Shown: positions 44,716 to 55,357 of the stretch, piece after piece
Position numbering within the stretch: position 1 is the stretch's first letter
How the letters are laid out: the number at the start of each line of letters is the position of its first letter
NCBI GenBank assembly: GCA_050124975.1
Contig: JASFEF010000001.1
Location: 26,122-90,121 of the forward strand
DNA: 64,000 nt
Direction of reading: 5' to 3'
Source of the DNA: Candidatus Thorarchaeota archaeon
GTDB taxonomy: Archaea > Asgardarchaeota > Thorarchaeia > Thorarchaeales > Thorarchaeaceae
Position numbers and translations under genes: made by a program
The notes under the pieces: model-generated
Database searches by the model: none
What the model was told of the DNA's origin: nothing
Seen by the model: only the letters and a program-made list of their open reading frames with translations

Positions 44716-46605
44716 CTACAGCTTGAGTCGAAACAGATACTCCTCATCCTCAATCGATAGCTTGCTCTCAACAACCTTTCCAGTTTTGTGGATGAACCGT
44801 ATCATTGGTTGGTTTTGGGGGTGCACAAATGCGATGAAGGCTTCAACCCCCTTACTCTTGGCAATTCTCATGAGGTGATTGAGAAGATATGTTCCAATTC
44901 CTTTGCCCTGATACTCATCCTGCACAAGTAGGGCAAATTCTGCTTCATTTGTACTTCTGTTCAGAAGGTATCTCCCAGCGCCTATAATTTTCTCAGTTTC
45001 TCCCTTTTCTCCAGACTTCACAACTGCCACCACGCTAATGTCGCTTGCTTGGTCGACATTGTAGAAATCTTGTAGCGTCTGTCTCTGCAGCGATTTCAAG
45101 GGCGTGAGGAACCTGAAGTAGATGCTCTCTTCACTCAAATCATAGAAGAGTTCCTTGATTCTATCAGCATCATCTGGTCTGATTAGTCTAAACTGAACTT
45201 CGATGGGGCCTTCTGCAGTTTTGAAAGACTCTTTCACCTCATATTCTGATGCAAAGTATGTTCCTTGAACAAGGAATGGAACCTGATCTTCGAAGACATA
45301 ATGCATCTTTTTCGCAGCTTCAAGCAAATCATTTCTGAACTTGGGATGCGCAATAGCAATGAGTGAGAGGACGCGCTCCCGAATGGTCTTTCCGTGAAGT
45401 GTAGCAAGACCGTATTCAGTTATGACAACATCCACATCCCCACGAGTGGTCACTACTCCAGCGCCCTCACTCAGTCGCGGCACAATCCGAGAAACCTCCC
45501 CATCCATTGCTGTGGAGAGCATACAGATCACTGCTTTACCACCGATTGATCTCTTTGCACCACGGATGAAGTCAACCTGACCTCCTATGCCACTATAGAA
45601 GCTGTGACCGATGGAGTCTGCACAGACCTGTCCAGTGAGGTCTACTTCAAGCGCAGAATTGATCGCTATCATCTTGTTGTTCTGACCGATGACATAGGGG
45701 TCATTCACATATGCAGTGTCATGAAAGTGGAACATAGGATTATCGTCAATGTAGTCATAGAGCTTTTCAGAACCCATGGCAAAACTAGCAATCACTTTGC
45801 CACGATGGAGTGCTTTTTTCTTGTTGGTGACTACTCCCTGCTCGATAAGTGGAAGCAGACTGTCGCTGAACATCTCAGTGTGAATTCCGAGATCTTGTAC
45901 TCCAGTTTCTAGCAAGTTATTACAGACCGACTGGGGGAGTGCTCCTATCCCAAGTTCGAGTGTTGACTCATTCTCTACAAGTCTGGCGACGTAGCGACCT
46001 ATCTTGTCAATGGTGTCTGTCACTTCTGCAGCTTGAAACTTCCTCAATGGCTCATCGTATGGCACCAAGTAGTCGATATCACGAACATCGACAAATGAGT
46101 CACCATGAGTTATTGGCATCCTGTCATTCACTTGTGCTATGACTACATCTGCACTTTCTGCAGCAGCTTTCGTAATATCTACAGAAATGCCCAGAGAACT
46201 GTAGCCGTTTCTATCTGGAGGACTGATCTGAATCAGTGCGACATCTAGGGGCATTCTCTTCTGTCTGAACAGCTGTGGGATATCAGAGAGCATAATGGGG
46301 GTATAGTCAGCTCGTCCTGCAGAAACTGCTTCTCGTATGTTCGAGCTCACGAAGAATGTGTTGTGTCGAAACTGATTTTGGAACTTCGAATCTGCCGATG
46401 GAGTATCTCCAAGTGTGAGAAGATGGACAATTTCATTGTCTGCCATCTGACCCGCATGTGTTGCCAGTTCCTGAACAAGATGATATGGAACACCACAACC
46501 TGTTCCTAAGAAGATTCTTGCCCCACGTTTGATCTTTTTGATTGCTTGTGAAGAATCAACGACCTTACTCTTGAATTTTTGAGTCCACTCGGTTTTACTC
46601 ATCAT
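44716..46605 (-). CDS. Acetyl-CoA hydrolase/transferase-family domain fused to a C-terminal Pat-type GNAT acetyltransferase
   Basis: 629 aa. The N-terminal ~450 aa are CoA-transferase-like. The C-terminal part carries IRPDDADRIKELFYDLSEESIYFRF...QGKGIGTYLL (GNAT motif A). Confidence 0.8.
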   Translation of the reverse strand: MMSKTEWTQKFKSKVVDSSQAIKKIKRGARIFLGTGCGVPYHLVQELATHAGQMADNEIVHLLTLGDTPSADSKFQNQFRHNTFFVSSNIREAVSAGRADYTPIMLSDIPQLFRQKRMPLDVALIQISPPDRNGYSSLGISVDITKAAAESADVVIAQVNDRMPITHGDSFVDVRDIDYLVPYDEPLRKFQAAEVTDTIDKIGRYVARLVENESTLELGIGALPQSVCNNLLETGVQDLGIHTEMFSDSLLPLIEQGVVTNKKKALHRGKVIASFAMGSEKLYDYIDDNPMFHFHDTAYVNDPYVIGQNNKMIAINSALEVDLTGQVCADSIGHSFYSGIGGQVDFIRGAKRSIGGKAVICMLSTAMDGEVSRIVPRLSEGAGVVTTRGDVDVVITEYGLATLHGKTIRERVLSLIAIAHPKFRNDLLEAAKKMHYVFEDQVPFLVQGTYFASEYEVKESFKTAEGPIEVQFRLIRPDDADRIKELFYDLSEESIYFRFLTPLKSLQRQTLQDFYNVDQASDISVVAVVKSGEKGETEKIIGAGRYLLNRSTNEAEFALLVQDEYQGKGIGTYLLNHLMRIAKSKGVEAFIAFVHPQNQPMIRFIHKTGKVVESKLSIEDEEYLFRLKL

Positions 46606-46743
46606 AATCTACTCCTCGTCAACGACCCCTCCCCAAAGTAAGTAGCATATAGGCATTTGCACGTAGCCCATTTTTTATGACATGACGGAAGGCTTTTAGT
46701 AGGGTACTTTCCGCCAGCCGCTCAATACCTGACACTATGACAG

Positions 46744-48024
46744 GTGAATTTCATTATGTCTGATGAAAAAATCGGTAATAGGAACCTTGTCATTCTCGGT
46801 GCGCTCATTGTACAGTTGTGCTTGGGTTCGATATACGCTTGGTCCTTCTTTCAGACTGCTCTGAGAGAACCCACTGGTGTATACATATGGCCCTCTTTAT
46901 ACACACAGCTTCCATTTGCGGCTGGTCTGGCATCGTTTGCCCTCTTTATGATCTTTGCAGGAAGATGGCAGGATCGTGTTGGTCCTAGAAAAGTCGCCAC
47001 TGTTGGTGGAATTCTTCTGGGCGCTGGTTACATCTCAGCCTTCTTTGTTGATGCAGTAACTGGTGGTGATGCACTATTAGGTACAATCTATCTCGTTATC
47101 ACCTATGGTATAATCGGCGGTGCCGGTATCGGATTTGCCTATGTTTGTCCAATCGCTGCTTTAGTGAAGTGGTTCCCTGACAAGAAGGGTGCAATCACTG
47201 GCATTGCTGTTGCTGGCTTTGGTGCTGGTGCTTTGGTATTTGGTTATGTTGAGCAATTCCTGCTGAACTTCTACAATGTGCCAACCACACTAAACATTGG
47301 AATGCCAATGCTGGTCCTAGGTGTCACATATCTGATACTTGTTGTTCTCGGGTCACAGCTCCTTACCAATCCGCCTGAGGGTTGGCTTCCGGAGGGTTAC
47401 ACACCCCCACCAACAATTGCCGACGGAACTGGTACTGGCATGATGCCTGGTGAGATGATTCGCACTTCCACATTCTGGCTCCTCTGGCTGATGTTTGTCT
47501 TCGCTGCTACTGCCGGTCTGATGACATTAGGTAACGTCAAGACTGCTGCTCTGGCCATCGATCCTCTAGCAGACGCTGTTGTGATAGTTGGAGTCATGAG
47601 CTTGCTCAATGCTGCCGGAAGAATTGTCTGGGGTGCAACCTCTGACAAGTTGGGTCGTGAGAACACCATGATACTGATGTTCTTAGTGCTAGCAATTGGA
47701 ATGTTCGCCTTTGCTTGGATGTCCACAATCAGCATCAGTTGGGTTGCAGTTATGGGCATTGCTTCCTTGATTGGTTTCTGTTTTGGAGGCAACTTTGCAC
47801 TGTTTCCATCTGCAACAGCAGACTTCTTTGGAAGTAAGAATGTTGGTAAGAACTATGGTGTGATGTTCACAGCCTACGGAATTGCTGGAATCACCGGTGC
47901 GTTTGTTGCTGGTCCTATCGTTGATGCCACAGGATCCTACTTCATGGCTTTCATCGTGACAGGAGTTCTAGCAATAATTGCTGTTCTCTTTACACTTGTT
48001 CTGAAGTCTAAGCGTAGCTCATAA
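46744..48024 (+). CDS. MFS transporter, oxalate/formate-antiporter-like
   Basis: 426 aa, 12 TM segments. Confidence 0.75.
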   Translation: MNFIMSDEKIGNRNLVILGALIVQLCLGSIYAWSFFQTALREPTGVYIWPSLYTQLPFAAGLASFALFMIFAGRWQDRVGPRKVATVGGILLGAGYISAFFVDAVTGGDALLGTIYLVITYGIIGGAGIGFAYVCPIAALVKWFPDKKGAITGIAVAGFGAGALVFGYVEQFLLNFYNVPTTLNIGMPMLVLGVTYLILVVLGSQLLTNPPEGWLPEGYTPPPTIADGTGTGMMPGEMIRTSTFWLLWLMFVFAATAGLMTLGNVKTAALAIDPLADAVVIVGVMSLLNAAGRIVWGATSDKLGRENTMILMFLVLAIGMFAFAWMSTISISWVAVMGIASLIGFCFGGNFALFPSATADFFGSKNVGKNYGVMFTAYGIAGITGAFVAGPIVDATGSYFMAFIVTGVLAIIAVLFTLVLKSKRSS

Positions 48025-48037
48025 TCAGCCAAAGTTC

Positions 48038-48062
48038 GAGGTCAAGGACTTTTCTTGACCTC
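48038..48062 (+). terminator. 9-bp hairpin plus T-rich tract after the MFS gene
   Basis: The hairpin is gaggtcaag-gactttt-cttgacctc, followed by ttccctctcttttt. Confidence 0.5.
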
Positions 48063-48156
48063 TTCCCTCTCTTTTTCATTACAACAAAAATACGCGATTG
48101 GACAAGCTTCATATAGTCAATATTTTGCGTGTCGGCCATCGAATTGACGGTATTAG

Positions 48157-50157
48157 GTGACATACTTGTCAGAAGAAAAGAAGATTACAGTTTATAGTCA
48201 GGAAGAAAGACGCTTCGACCCCCCAAAGAGCTTCGTCGACAAGGCTTATGTGAAGAGCCATGACGAGCGAATGAAGATCTGGAAGGAGTCCGTCGAGAAC
48301 CCTGACGAATTCTGGCTCAAACAAGCCAAGGAACTATGTTATTGGAAGAAAGAGCCAACCAAGGGATTTGAGTGGGAAGATATCGATAATATTCGATTTT
48401 CCTGGTTCAAAGACGGTGTGACCAACATGGCTTACAACTGCCTTGACAAACACGTTGAGGCAGGCAAGGGCGACCAGATCGCTTTGATCTGGCAAGGTGA
48501 ACCCCTTGAAGAGTCAAAGACTTACACTTACAGCGAGCTCCTTAGTGAGGTCAACAAAGCTGCGAATGTCCTGAAGAACCTCGGTATCAAGAAGGGCGAC
48601 AGGATTACAATGTACCTCCCCATGATTCCTGAACTCGCAATCATCATGCTTGCATGTGTCAGGATTGGTGCTGTTCACAGCATTGTCTTCGGTGGTTTCA
48701 GCGCTGATTCAGTCAAGGACAGGATCATTGACTGTGAAGGTAAGCTACTTGTCACAGCTGACGGTTACTATCGTGCTGGCAAGACTATCCCACAGAAGAA
48801 AGGTGCAGATACTGCAGTAGCAGACCTTGATATTGTAGAGAAGGTTCTTGTTGTCAAGAGAGTCGGAATCGATGTTCCATGGACCGAGGGCAGAGATGTC
48901 TGGTACCACGAGGAATACGAGAAAGTTGACGACAAGTGCGACCCTGAGTGGCTAAATGCTGAGGACCCATTGTTCATTCTTTACACATCTGGGTCAACTG
49001 GTAAGCCAAAAGGTGTTCTTCATACAACTGGTGGATACATGACATACACAACTCACACCTTCAAGCACATTTTCGATTGGCATGAGGGTGATGTGTACTG
49101 GTGCACTGCTGACATCGGTTGGATCACTGGACACTCATACATTGTATACGGACCTCTTTCAGCTGGTGCTACCACACTGATGTTCGAGTCAGTTCCTACG
49201 TATCCCGATAACGACCGCTTTTGGCTCGAGGTCGAGAAGTGGAAAGTCAACCAGTTCTACACAGCGCCAACTGCAATCCGTGCGCTGATGAGGTTTGGTG
49301 ACGATCCTGTACTGAAGCATGACCTTTCATCTCTGAACCTGCTTGGCACTGTCGGTGAGCCAATCAACCCTGAGGCTTGGATTTGGTATCATGAGATGAT
49401 CGGTAAGGAGAACTGTCCGATTGTTGACACCTATTGGCAGACTGAAACCGGTGGTGTGATTCTTACTCCACTACCTGGTGCAACTCCCACAATTCCGGGC
49501 TCAACCACATTCCCGTATTTTGGTGTCGATCCCGTGATTGTCGCAGAGGATGGTGTACCGGTCAATGCAAACGAGGGTGGTTATCTCTGTATGAAGAAGC
49601 CCTGGCCAGGTCTTATGAGGACTGTCTATGGTGACCACAAACGATTCATTGACACCTACTGGGTGCAGTTCAAGAACCCTGACAACGGTGAGCCAATGTA
49701 CTACACTGGTGACGGCTCACGTTTCAACGAGGATGGCTACTACTTCGTTATGGGTCGCCTTGACGACGTTCTGAAGGTATCTGGACACAGGCTCGGAACT
49801 GCAGAGATTGAGTCCTCTCTGGTCAAACATCCTGCAGTCGCAGAGTGTGCAGTCGTAGGGTTCCCCCACGAGATCAAAGGCGAGTCAATCTATGTCTTCG
49901 TCACTCTGAAGATGGGTGTTGAGAAGACCGATGCACTCAAACTCGAGCTTAGGAACCACGTTCGTGCAGATGTAGGCCCAATCGCTTCTCCTGAGAAGAT
50001 TCAGTGGGCTGACGCACTACCAAAGACCCGCTCAGGCAAAATCATGCGCCGAATTCTGAAACGCATTGCTGCTGGTCAGATTGACGACCTTGGTGATGTC
50101 ACAACCCTGGCAGACCCAACTGTTGTTGAAACTCTGGTCCGAGAGCGTATCAAATAG
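48157..50157 (+). CDS. acs: Acetyl-CoA synthetase (AMP-forming)
   Basis: 666 aa with YTSGSTGKPKG and the C-terminal PKTRSGKIMRR. GTG start. Confidence 0.95.
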   Translation: MTYLSEEKKITVYSQEERRFDPPKSFVDKAYVKSHDERMKIWKESVENPDEFWLKQAKELCYWKKEPTKGFEWEDIDNIRFSWFKDGVTNMAYNCLDKHVEAGKGDQIALIWQGEPLEESKTYTYSELLSEVNKAANVLKNLGIKKGDRITMYLPMIPELAIIMLACVRIGAVHSIVFGGFSADSVKDRIIDCEGKLLVTADGYYRAGKTIPQKKGADTAVADLDIVEKVLVVKRVGIDVPWTEGRDVWYHEEYEKVDDKCDPEWLNAEDPLFILYTSGSTGKPKGVLHTTGGYMTYTTHTFKHIFDWHEGDVYWCTADIGWITGHSYIVYGPLSAGATTLMFESVPTYPDNDRFWLEVEKWKVNQFYTAPTAIRALMRFGDDPVLKHDLSSLNLLGTVGEPINPEAWIWYHEMIGKENCPIVDTYWQTETGGVILTPLPGATPTIPGSTTFPYFGVDPVIVAEDGVPVNANEGGYLCMKKPWPGLMRTVYGDHKRFIDTYWVQFKNPDNGEPMYYTGDGSRFNEDGYYFVMGRLDDVLKVSGHRLGTAEIESSLVKHPAVAECAVVGFPHEIKGESIYVFVTLKMGVEKTDALKLELRNHVRADVGPIASPEKIQWADALPKTRSGKIMRRILKRIAAGQIDDLGDVTTLADPTVVETLVRERIK

Positions 50158-50169
50158 AATTAGTTCAAT

Positions 50170-50193
50170 GAGAGGTTTCGCGCGGAACCTCTC
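50170..50193 (+). terminator. 10-bp hairpin plus T-tract after acs
   Basis: The hairpin is gagaggtttc-gcgc-ggaacctctc, followed by ctactatctttttt. Confidence 0.5.
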
Positions 50194-50308
50194 CTACTAT
50201 CTTTTTTCAAACAACAACTCCTTTGAAAATACGGACAAGATATTAAGCTGGACGTGAATATGATATCTTGAGGTGGTTGTTATCGGGAGATAACACCTCA
50301 GCACATCT

Positions 50309-51541
50309 ATGTGTGGAGTGAAAAAGAGAATGAGTAGTTCAAGAACGATGACTACGTTCGTTGTCCTCTTGATCGTCGGTGTTGGAATCGGCTTCGGAGC
50401 TGGCTGGCTGGCCTTTTCTGTTGTTCCTGCTGGCCCAGGTGATGGCCTAGGAACTCTGAAGGCAGGTTTCATCTATGTAGGTCCAATAGGAGACTATGGG
50501 TGGACTAATGCCCATGATGTTGGAAGGCTATACGTAGACGACAAGTATGATTGGCTGACGACAACGTACTTAGAATCGGTTTCAGAAGCAGAAGCAGGAG
50601 AACGAATTGACTATCTGATTGAGAATGAAGGTTGTGATGTTGTATTCACTACATCCTTTGGGTTCATGGATGCGACAATTGCAGCAGGATCTCGACATCC
50701 AGACAAGATATTCTTCCACTGTTCAGGATATTTGAGAGATGACAATGTAGGCACATACTTTGCAGACTTCTACCAGCTGTACTATCTAAATGGTCTAATG
50801 GCTGGTGCACTTACCCAGACAGGTAAGATAGGCTATGTTGCAGCATTCCCACTTCCAGAGCTTATTAGACACATCAATGCGTTTGCACTTGGCGCATTGG
50901 AGGTCAATGACTCTGTCGAGTGTGACGTGCGTTGGCTTCAGACAGACTGGTTTGACCCACCAGCTGCGACCAGTGCAGCTAACGAATTAATAGGAACAGG
51001 TGTTGACATGCTTGCCTTTACTGAAGATTCAACAGCTGTACCACTCGTGGCAAACGCTACCGAAGACGTGTATGTCTTTAGTCACTATTCGCCTATGCAG
51101 GCTTATGCTCCAACTAGTACCATTAGTGGACAGTTAGCGGACTGGGGCGTAATTTACGACGACATCATCCAGAAGATATACCTTGGACAGTACACCAACA
51201 CAAACCTTGCAGATGTTGACTACCTTTGGCTTCTGCAAGAGGGTGGAATCGAGCTTGGTGGCGAGTTTGGAGTCCCAATCAATCCTCTATTCGTGTCTGA
51301 TCTCCAAGCTTACATGGTTACTGATCCACTTCTTGGATCAATAAGTGTCTATGATCTTGTCATGACTAGGATAGCCCAAATGAGTATGCCAAACGTAATC
51401 TTTGATCCATTCACAGGACCAATAAACTACCAGAATGGAACAACGGTATGGCTTGAGGCCGGAGAACGAGCTGACATTGGGACCCTCTTGACAATAGACT
51501 GGTTCGTTGAAGGGGTAATTGCGACCATACCCACGCCGTGA
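50309..51541 (+). CDS. BMP-family ABC transporter substrate-binding protein, membrane-anchored
   Basis: 410 aa with an N-terminal TM anchor and a BMP/PnrA-like body. Confidence 0.75.
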   Translation: MCGVKKRMSSSRTMTTFVVLLIVGVGIGFGAGWLAFSVVPAGPGDGLGTLKAGFIYVGPIGDYGWTNAHDVGRLYVDDKYDWLTTTYLESVSEAEAGERIDYLIENEGCDVVFTTSFGFMDATIAAGSRHPDKIFFHCSGYLRDDNVGTYFADFYQLYYLNGLMAGALTQTGKIGYVAAFPLPELIRHINAFALGALEVNDSVECDVRWLQTDWFDPPAATSAANELIGTGVDMLAFTEDSTAVPLVANATEDVYVFSHYSPMQAYAPTSTISGQLADWGVIYDDIIQKIYLGQYTNTNLADVDYLWLLQEGGIELGGEFGVPINPLFVSDLQAYMVTDPLLGSISVYDLVMTRIAQMSMPNVIFDPFTGPINYQNGTTVWLEAGERADIGTLLTIDWFVEGVIATIPTP

Positions 51542-51661
51542 CTATCATAGGGGGAGTACTTCTCCCCCAACTATTTCTTTTCCGTGATTTTTCCAAAGAA
51601 GCCTAGAATTAAATATCGCAAAACTCCGTATGGAGGACCTAGGAACACTGAGGAATTCTTC

Positions 51662-53248
51662 ATGGACACCATACTAGAGATGCGCGAGGTCTGCAAAACC
51701 TTCTACGGAGAAGGTGAGGTAGAGATTCGTGCAAATGACAATATCAACTTCACACTCCGAAAAGGAGAGGTTCATGCGCTTCTTGGTGAAAATGGGGCTG
51801 GCAAAAGTACGCTTGTTATGAATCTGTGTCGAAGACCTGATAGTGGTTTAGTAATCATTGAAGGGGTTGAGCATGATCTAAAGACACCACGAGACGCTCT
51901 TGAACAGGGCGTTGGAATTGCATATCAGGACCTGTCCCGCACTCTTATCGAGCGACACAGTGTAGCCGAGAATTTGCTAAGCCTGACAGAGGGTTTTTTC
52001 CTTTCTCTAGACTCAGTAGAAAAGGCGGTGAGAGAGGGGCTCCAGAAGTTTGACTTGGGTGAACTCGATCCCAAGATGCCAGTATGGAAATTGTCTGGTG
52101 GAGAAAAACAACGTGTGGAGATTTTGAAGGCATTAATCACGGATCCAAGAATTATCATCCTTGATGAACCCACATCCATGTTAACACCTCCTGAAGTTGA
52201 TGGTCTGTTCGCACTACTTGAATCATTGAAAGAAAACGGAAAAGGCATAGTTATCATCACTCATCATCTTGAAGAAGCAATTAGAATCAGTGACCGAATA
52301 ACAGTCCTGAGAAGAGGACAAGTTGTCGAAACACTTGATGAAGAAAGAGTTCAGCAGATGAAGGCTAATTCAGATAAAGGAGTTCGAGAACTCGCACGGA
52401 TGATGGTTGGAAAAGATACTTTGTATGATTTGAAGCGAACTAAAACTGAAGCAGGACCAACTATAATGGAAACACGAAATCTGTGTGTTGACAATGATAT
52501 GGGAATGCAGGTTGTGAATGACGTCAGTCTTTCTTTGCAAGGTGGAGAAATCCTGGGTCTCGCAGGAATTGCTGGTAACGGTCAACGAGAGTTGCTAGAA
52601 TCTATTGTCAATATTCGCAATGTGAAGTCGGGAAGGATACTATTACACACAGATGAGGGTGGAGTAGAAATCACGAATATGCCCGTGGGCAGGATTAGAA
52701 AACTAGGTGTGTCATATATTCCTGAGAATCGAAGAAAAGCAATGATTTTGGATCTCACTGTGCGAGAGAATCTAATGATGAGCTACTACTCTGATTCGAA
52801 AGGTCTGATGATTGATCGTGAGGCAATGGTCAAATTGACAGAGGAACTCATAGAGCAGTTTTCAGTAGACACTCCAGGTCCCTTAGCGCCTATGAGAAGC
52901 TTGTCAGGTGGCAACAAGCAGAAAGTTGTGGTAGCTAGGGAAATTTCGCGCAAACCTGAACAAGGCTCTGGCAAGATTCTGATTGCCGAGAATCCAACAT
53001 TCGGGCTGGATGTAGCAACCACGCAATTCGTGCGTGAAGAGCTTCTAAGACAGCGCGACTCAGGAGCTGCTGTTCTCTTGGTTTCCAGTGATCTGACTGA
53101 GATTCTCACTTTAAGTGACAGAATCAGTGTGATTTACAAGGGTGGCATAATAGGGACCTTGCAGTCAGAAGAGGCAACTCGCGAAAAAGTTGGACTCATG
53201 ATGGGTGGATTCGTGTCTGACTCCATTTCAGTCGAGGAGGGGAACTAA
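51662..53248 (+). CDS. ABC transporter ATP-binding protein with duplicated ATPase domains
   Basis: Walker A GENGAGKST plus LSGGEKQR and LSGGNKQK signatures. ATG 51662 is the likely start. Confidence 0.9.
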   Translation: MDTILEMREVCKTFYGEGEVEIRANDNINFTLRKGEVHALLGENGAGKSTLVMNLCRRPDSGLVIIEGVEHDLKTPRDALEQGVGIAYQDLSRTLIERHSVAENLLSLTEGFFLSLDSVEKAVREGLQKFDLGELDPKMPVWKLSGGEKQRVEILKALITDPRIIILDEPTSMLTPPEVDGLFALLESLKENGKGIVIITHHLEEAIRISDRITVLRRGQVVETLDEERVQQMKANSDKGVRELARMMVGKDTLYDLKRTKTEAGPTIMETRNLCVDNDMGMQVVNDVSLSLQGGEILGLAGIAGNGQRELLESIVNIRNVKSGRILLHTDEGGVEITNMPVGRIRKLGVSYIPENRRKAMILDLTVRENLMMSYYSDSKGLMIDREAMVKLTEELIEQFSVDTPGPLAPMRSLSGGNKQKVVVAREISRKPEQGSGKILIAENPTFGLDVATTQFVREELLRQRDSGAAVLLVSSDLTEILTLSDRISVIYKGGIIGTLQSEEATREKVGLMMGGFVSDSISVEEGN

Positions 53249-53261
53249 TGTGGGTCAGGGG

Positions 53262-54440
53262 ATGTTTATGACCTATCTCCATAGGTTCAAGAATATTCTC
53301 GAACGTGGATTTGGATTTCTAAAAAGAAAACTTTGGCCCTTTGAAATCTCTTTTCGGAAGCGCCCTTCAAAACTTTCCTTTGAAGAGTCAGTTCGTATAC
53401 GAATCATCTCGCTACTTCTTGGACTTGCAGCTGTTGCAGTCATTTTTCTTGCCTATGGACAAAATCCGTTAGCGCTCTATATGAAAATCTTCGGAGTCGC
53501 GTTTTTCACTAGGTATGGAATTATGGGAACCCTTTCCCGATTCATTCCGCTATTGTTGATTGCTTTAGGACTAGCAATACCATTTCGAGCAAAGATAGAC
53601 AACATCGGTGCAGAGGGCCAGCTTATAGTAGGGTCCATAGCAGCCACAGGAGTGGCTTTCTCCCTTCAACATTTACCACCCCTTGTTCTTATCCCACTCA
53701 TGTTCCTGGCAGGATTTATTGCGGGAGCCTTGTGGGCACTACCCATAGCAATCTTTCGAGTAAAGAGCCAATTCAAGGGGTCTGATGTAGTGATCAGTTT
53801 TCTCCTCGTCTTTCCGGCACTTTACCTTGTAGAGTATCTTGTTACAGGCCCATGGCAAGATCCAGAGGGTTGGGGGTTCCCCCAGTCGCCGCTACTGCCT
53901 GAAGCAGCTCGAATACCTCTGTTTCCTACCACAAGAATCCACCTGACAATCATTCTGGCTGTTGCGTTAGCACTACTTGTCTACCACTATCTTGTTAAAA
54001 CTAAAGAAGGCATCACAGAAACTAAGCTGGGCTATGAAATCAATGTGATGGGTGAGAACCCAGAAGCAGGAGAATCCATGGGAATGAGTTTTCTAAAGGT
54101 GGCAATTATCACAGTACTGCTCTCTGGTGGCTTAGCTGGTCTAGCAGGGGTTAGTGAAGTTGCGGGTAATCCCAATCTATACCGATTACGGATGGAGATT
54201 TCCACAGGGCTTGGATTCACAGGTATTGCTGTAGCCTGGCTTGGCGGGCTCAATCCTTTAGGAGTCATTATCAGTTCACTCTTCTTTGCCGCGCTCTTGG
54301 CTGGAGGTATTGAGATACAATCTGCTGGGCTACCCTTTGGAGTCGTTAATCTATTCAATGGAGCCATTCTGTTCTTTGTACTCGTGGCTGAATTCTTCCT
54401 AAGATACACAGCTGAGGTGAAACTACGTCGTGACGATTGA
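53262..54440 (+). CDS. ABC transporter permease
   Basis: Polytopic. The start is ATG 53262 or GTG 53250, just after the ATPase stop. Confidence 0.8.
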   Translation: MFMTYLHRFKNILERGFGFLKRKLWPFEISFRKRPSKLSFEESVRIRIISLLLGLAAVAVIFLAYGQNPLALYMKIFGVAFFTRYGIMGTLSRFIPLLLIALGLAIPFRAKIDNIGAEGQLIVGSIAATGVAFSLQHLPPLVLIPLMFLAGFIAGALWALPIAIFRVKSQFKGSDVVISFLLVFPALYLVEYLVTGPWQDPEGWGFPQSPLLPEAARIPLFPTTRIHLTIILAVALALLVYHYLVKTKEGITETKLGYEINVMGENPEAGESMGMSFLKVAIITVLLSGGLAGLAGVSEVAGNPNLYRLRMEISTGLGFTGIAVAWLGGLNPLGVIISSLFFAALLAGGIEIQSAGLPFGVVNLFNGAILFFVLVAEFFLRYTAEVKLRRDD

Positions 54441-55350
54441 ACATACAGGATCTCAGATTGTGATAGCCGCCACATTCTTCCTGATTCCCACATTGGGTGA
54501 GATGGTGACCGAACGTTCAGGTATACTGAACCTAGGAGTGGAGGGAATGGTCATCTCAGGCGCGGCTGGTGCCTTTGCAGCAGCCCATGTAACGGGCAAC
54601 CTCTTGATTGGGGCGTTTGTTGGAGCCTTGATTGGTGGAATATTGGCACTCATACACGCAATCGTGACAATCACGTTCAAACGGAATCAGGTTGTGTCAG
54701 GAATCTCTCTTACCATTCTTGGAACGGGGTTGAGCAGTATCCTAGGTCTTGGCTTAATCGGTGTGCCAATAGTACCATTTCAACCCATAGCAATTCCAGG
54801 TTTAAGTGCGATACCTATTATTGGCCCAATCTTCTTTGACAAAAACCTGCTTGTCTATTTTTCATACATCATGGTTCCAGTTCTCTGGTTTATTCTGTTC
54901 AAGACACGCTATGGGCTAATGATAAGAAGTGTTGGAGAGAATCCAATGGCCGCCTACACACAGGGTATTGATGTAGTCAAGGTCAGATACCTAAGTGTAG
55001 TATTCGGCGGAATGATGTGTGGCCTTGGTGGTGCATACCTGACTCTTGCATGGATTCCAATGTGGGTCGAAGGCATCACAACTGCACGAGGATGGATTGT
55101 CATTGCATTGGTGGTGGTTGGGTTATGGCACCCTATGGGCGGTTTCGTGGGAAGCTATGTTTTTGGTACTTTTGAGGTCCTTCGTTATGCATTCCAACCA
55201 CTTGGTGTACCTACTGCCTTTCTAAACATGTTACCCTATATCTCCACAATCCTTTTCCTTGTCGCCTGGGGTATTCTATTAAACTCACAGAAAGTGAAAC
55301 GAATCGTGGGAGCTCCTTCTTCACTTTGTGTACCATTTGAAACGGAGTGA
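54430..55350 (+). CDS. ABC transporter permease
   Basis: 306 aa, polytopic. Overlaps the previous permease by 11 nt. Confidence 0.8.
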   Translation: MTIEHTGSQIVIAATFFLIPTLGEMVTERSGILNLGVEGMVISGAAGAFAAAHVTGNLLIGAFVGALIGGILALIHAIVTITFKRNQVVSGISLTILGTGLSSILGLGLIGVPIVPFQPIAIPGLSAIPIIGPIFFDKNLLVYFSYIMVPVLWFILFKTRYGLMIRSVGENPMAAYTQGIDVVKVRYLSVVFGGMMCGLGGAYLTLAWIPMWVEGITTARGWIVIALVVVGLWHPMGGFVGSYVFGTFEVLRYAFQPLGVPTAFLNMLPYISTILFLVAWGILLNSQKVKRIVGAPSSLCVPFETE

Positions 55351-55357
55351 TGTAATC

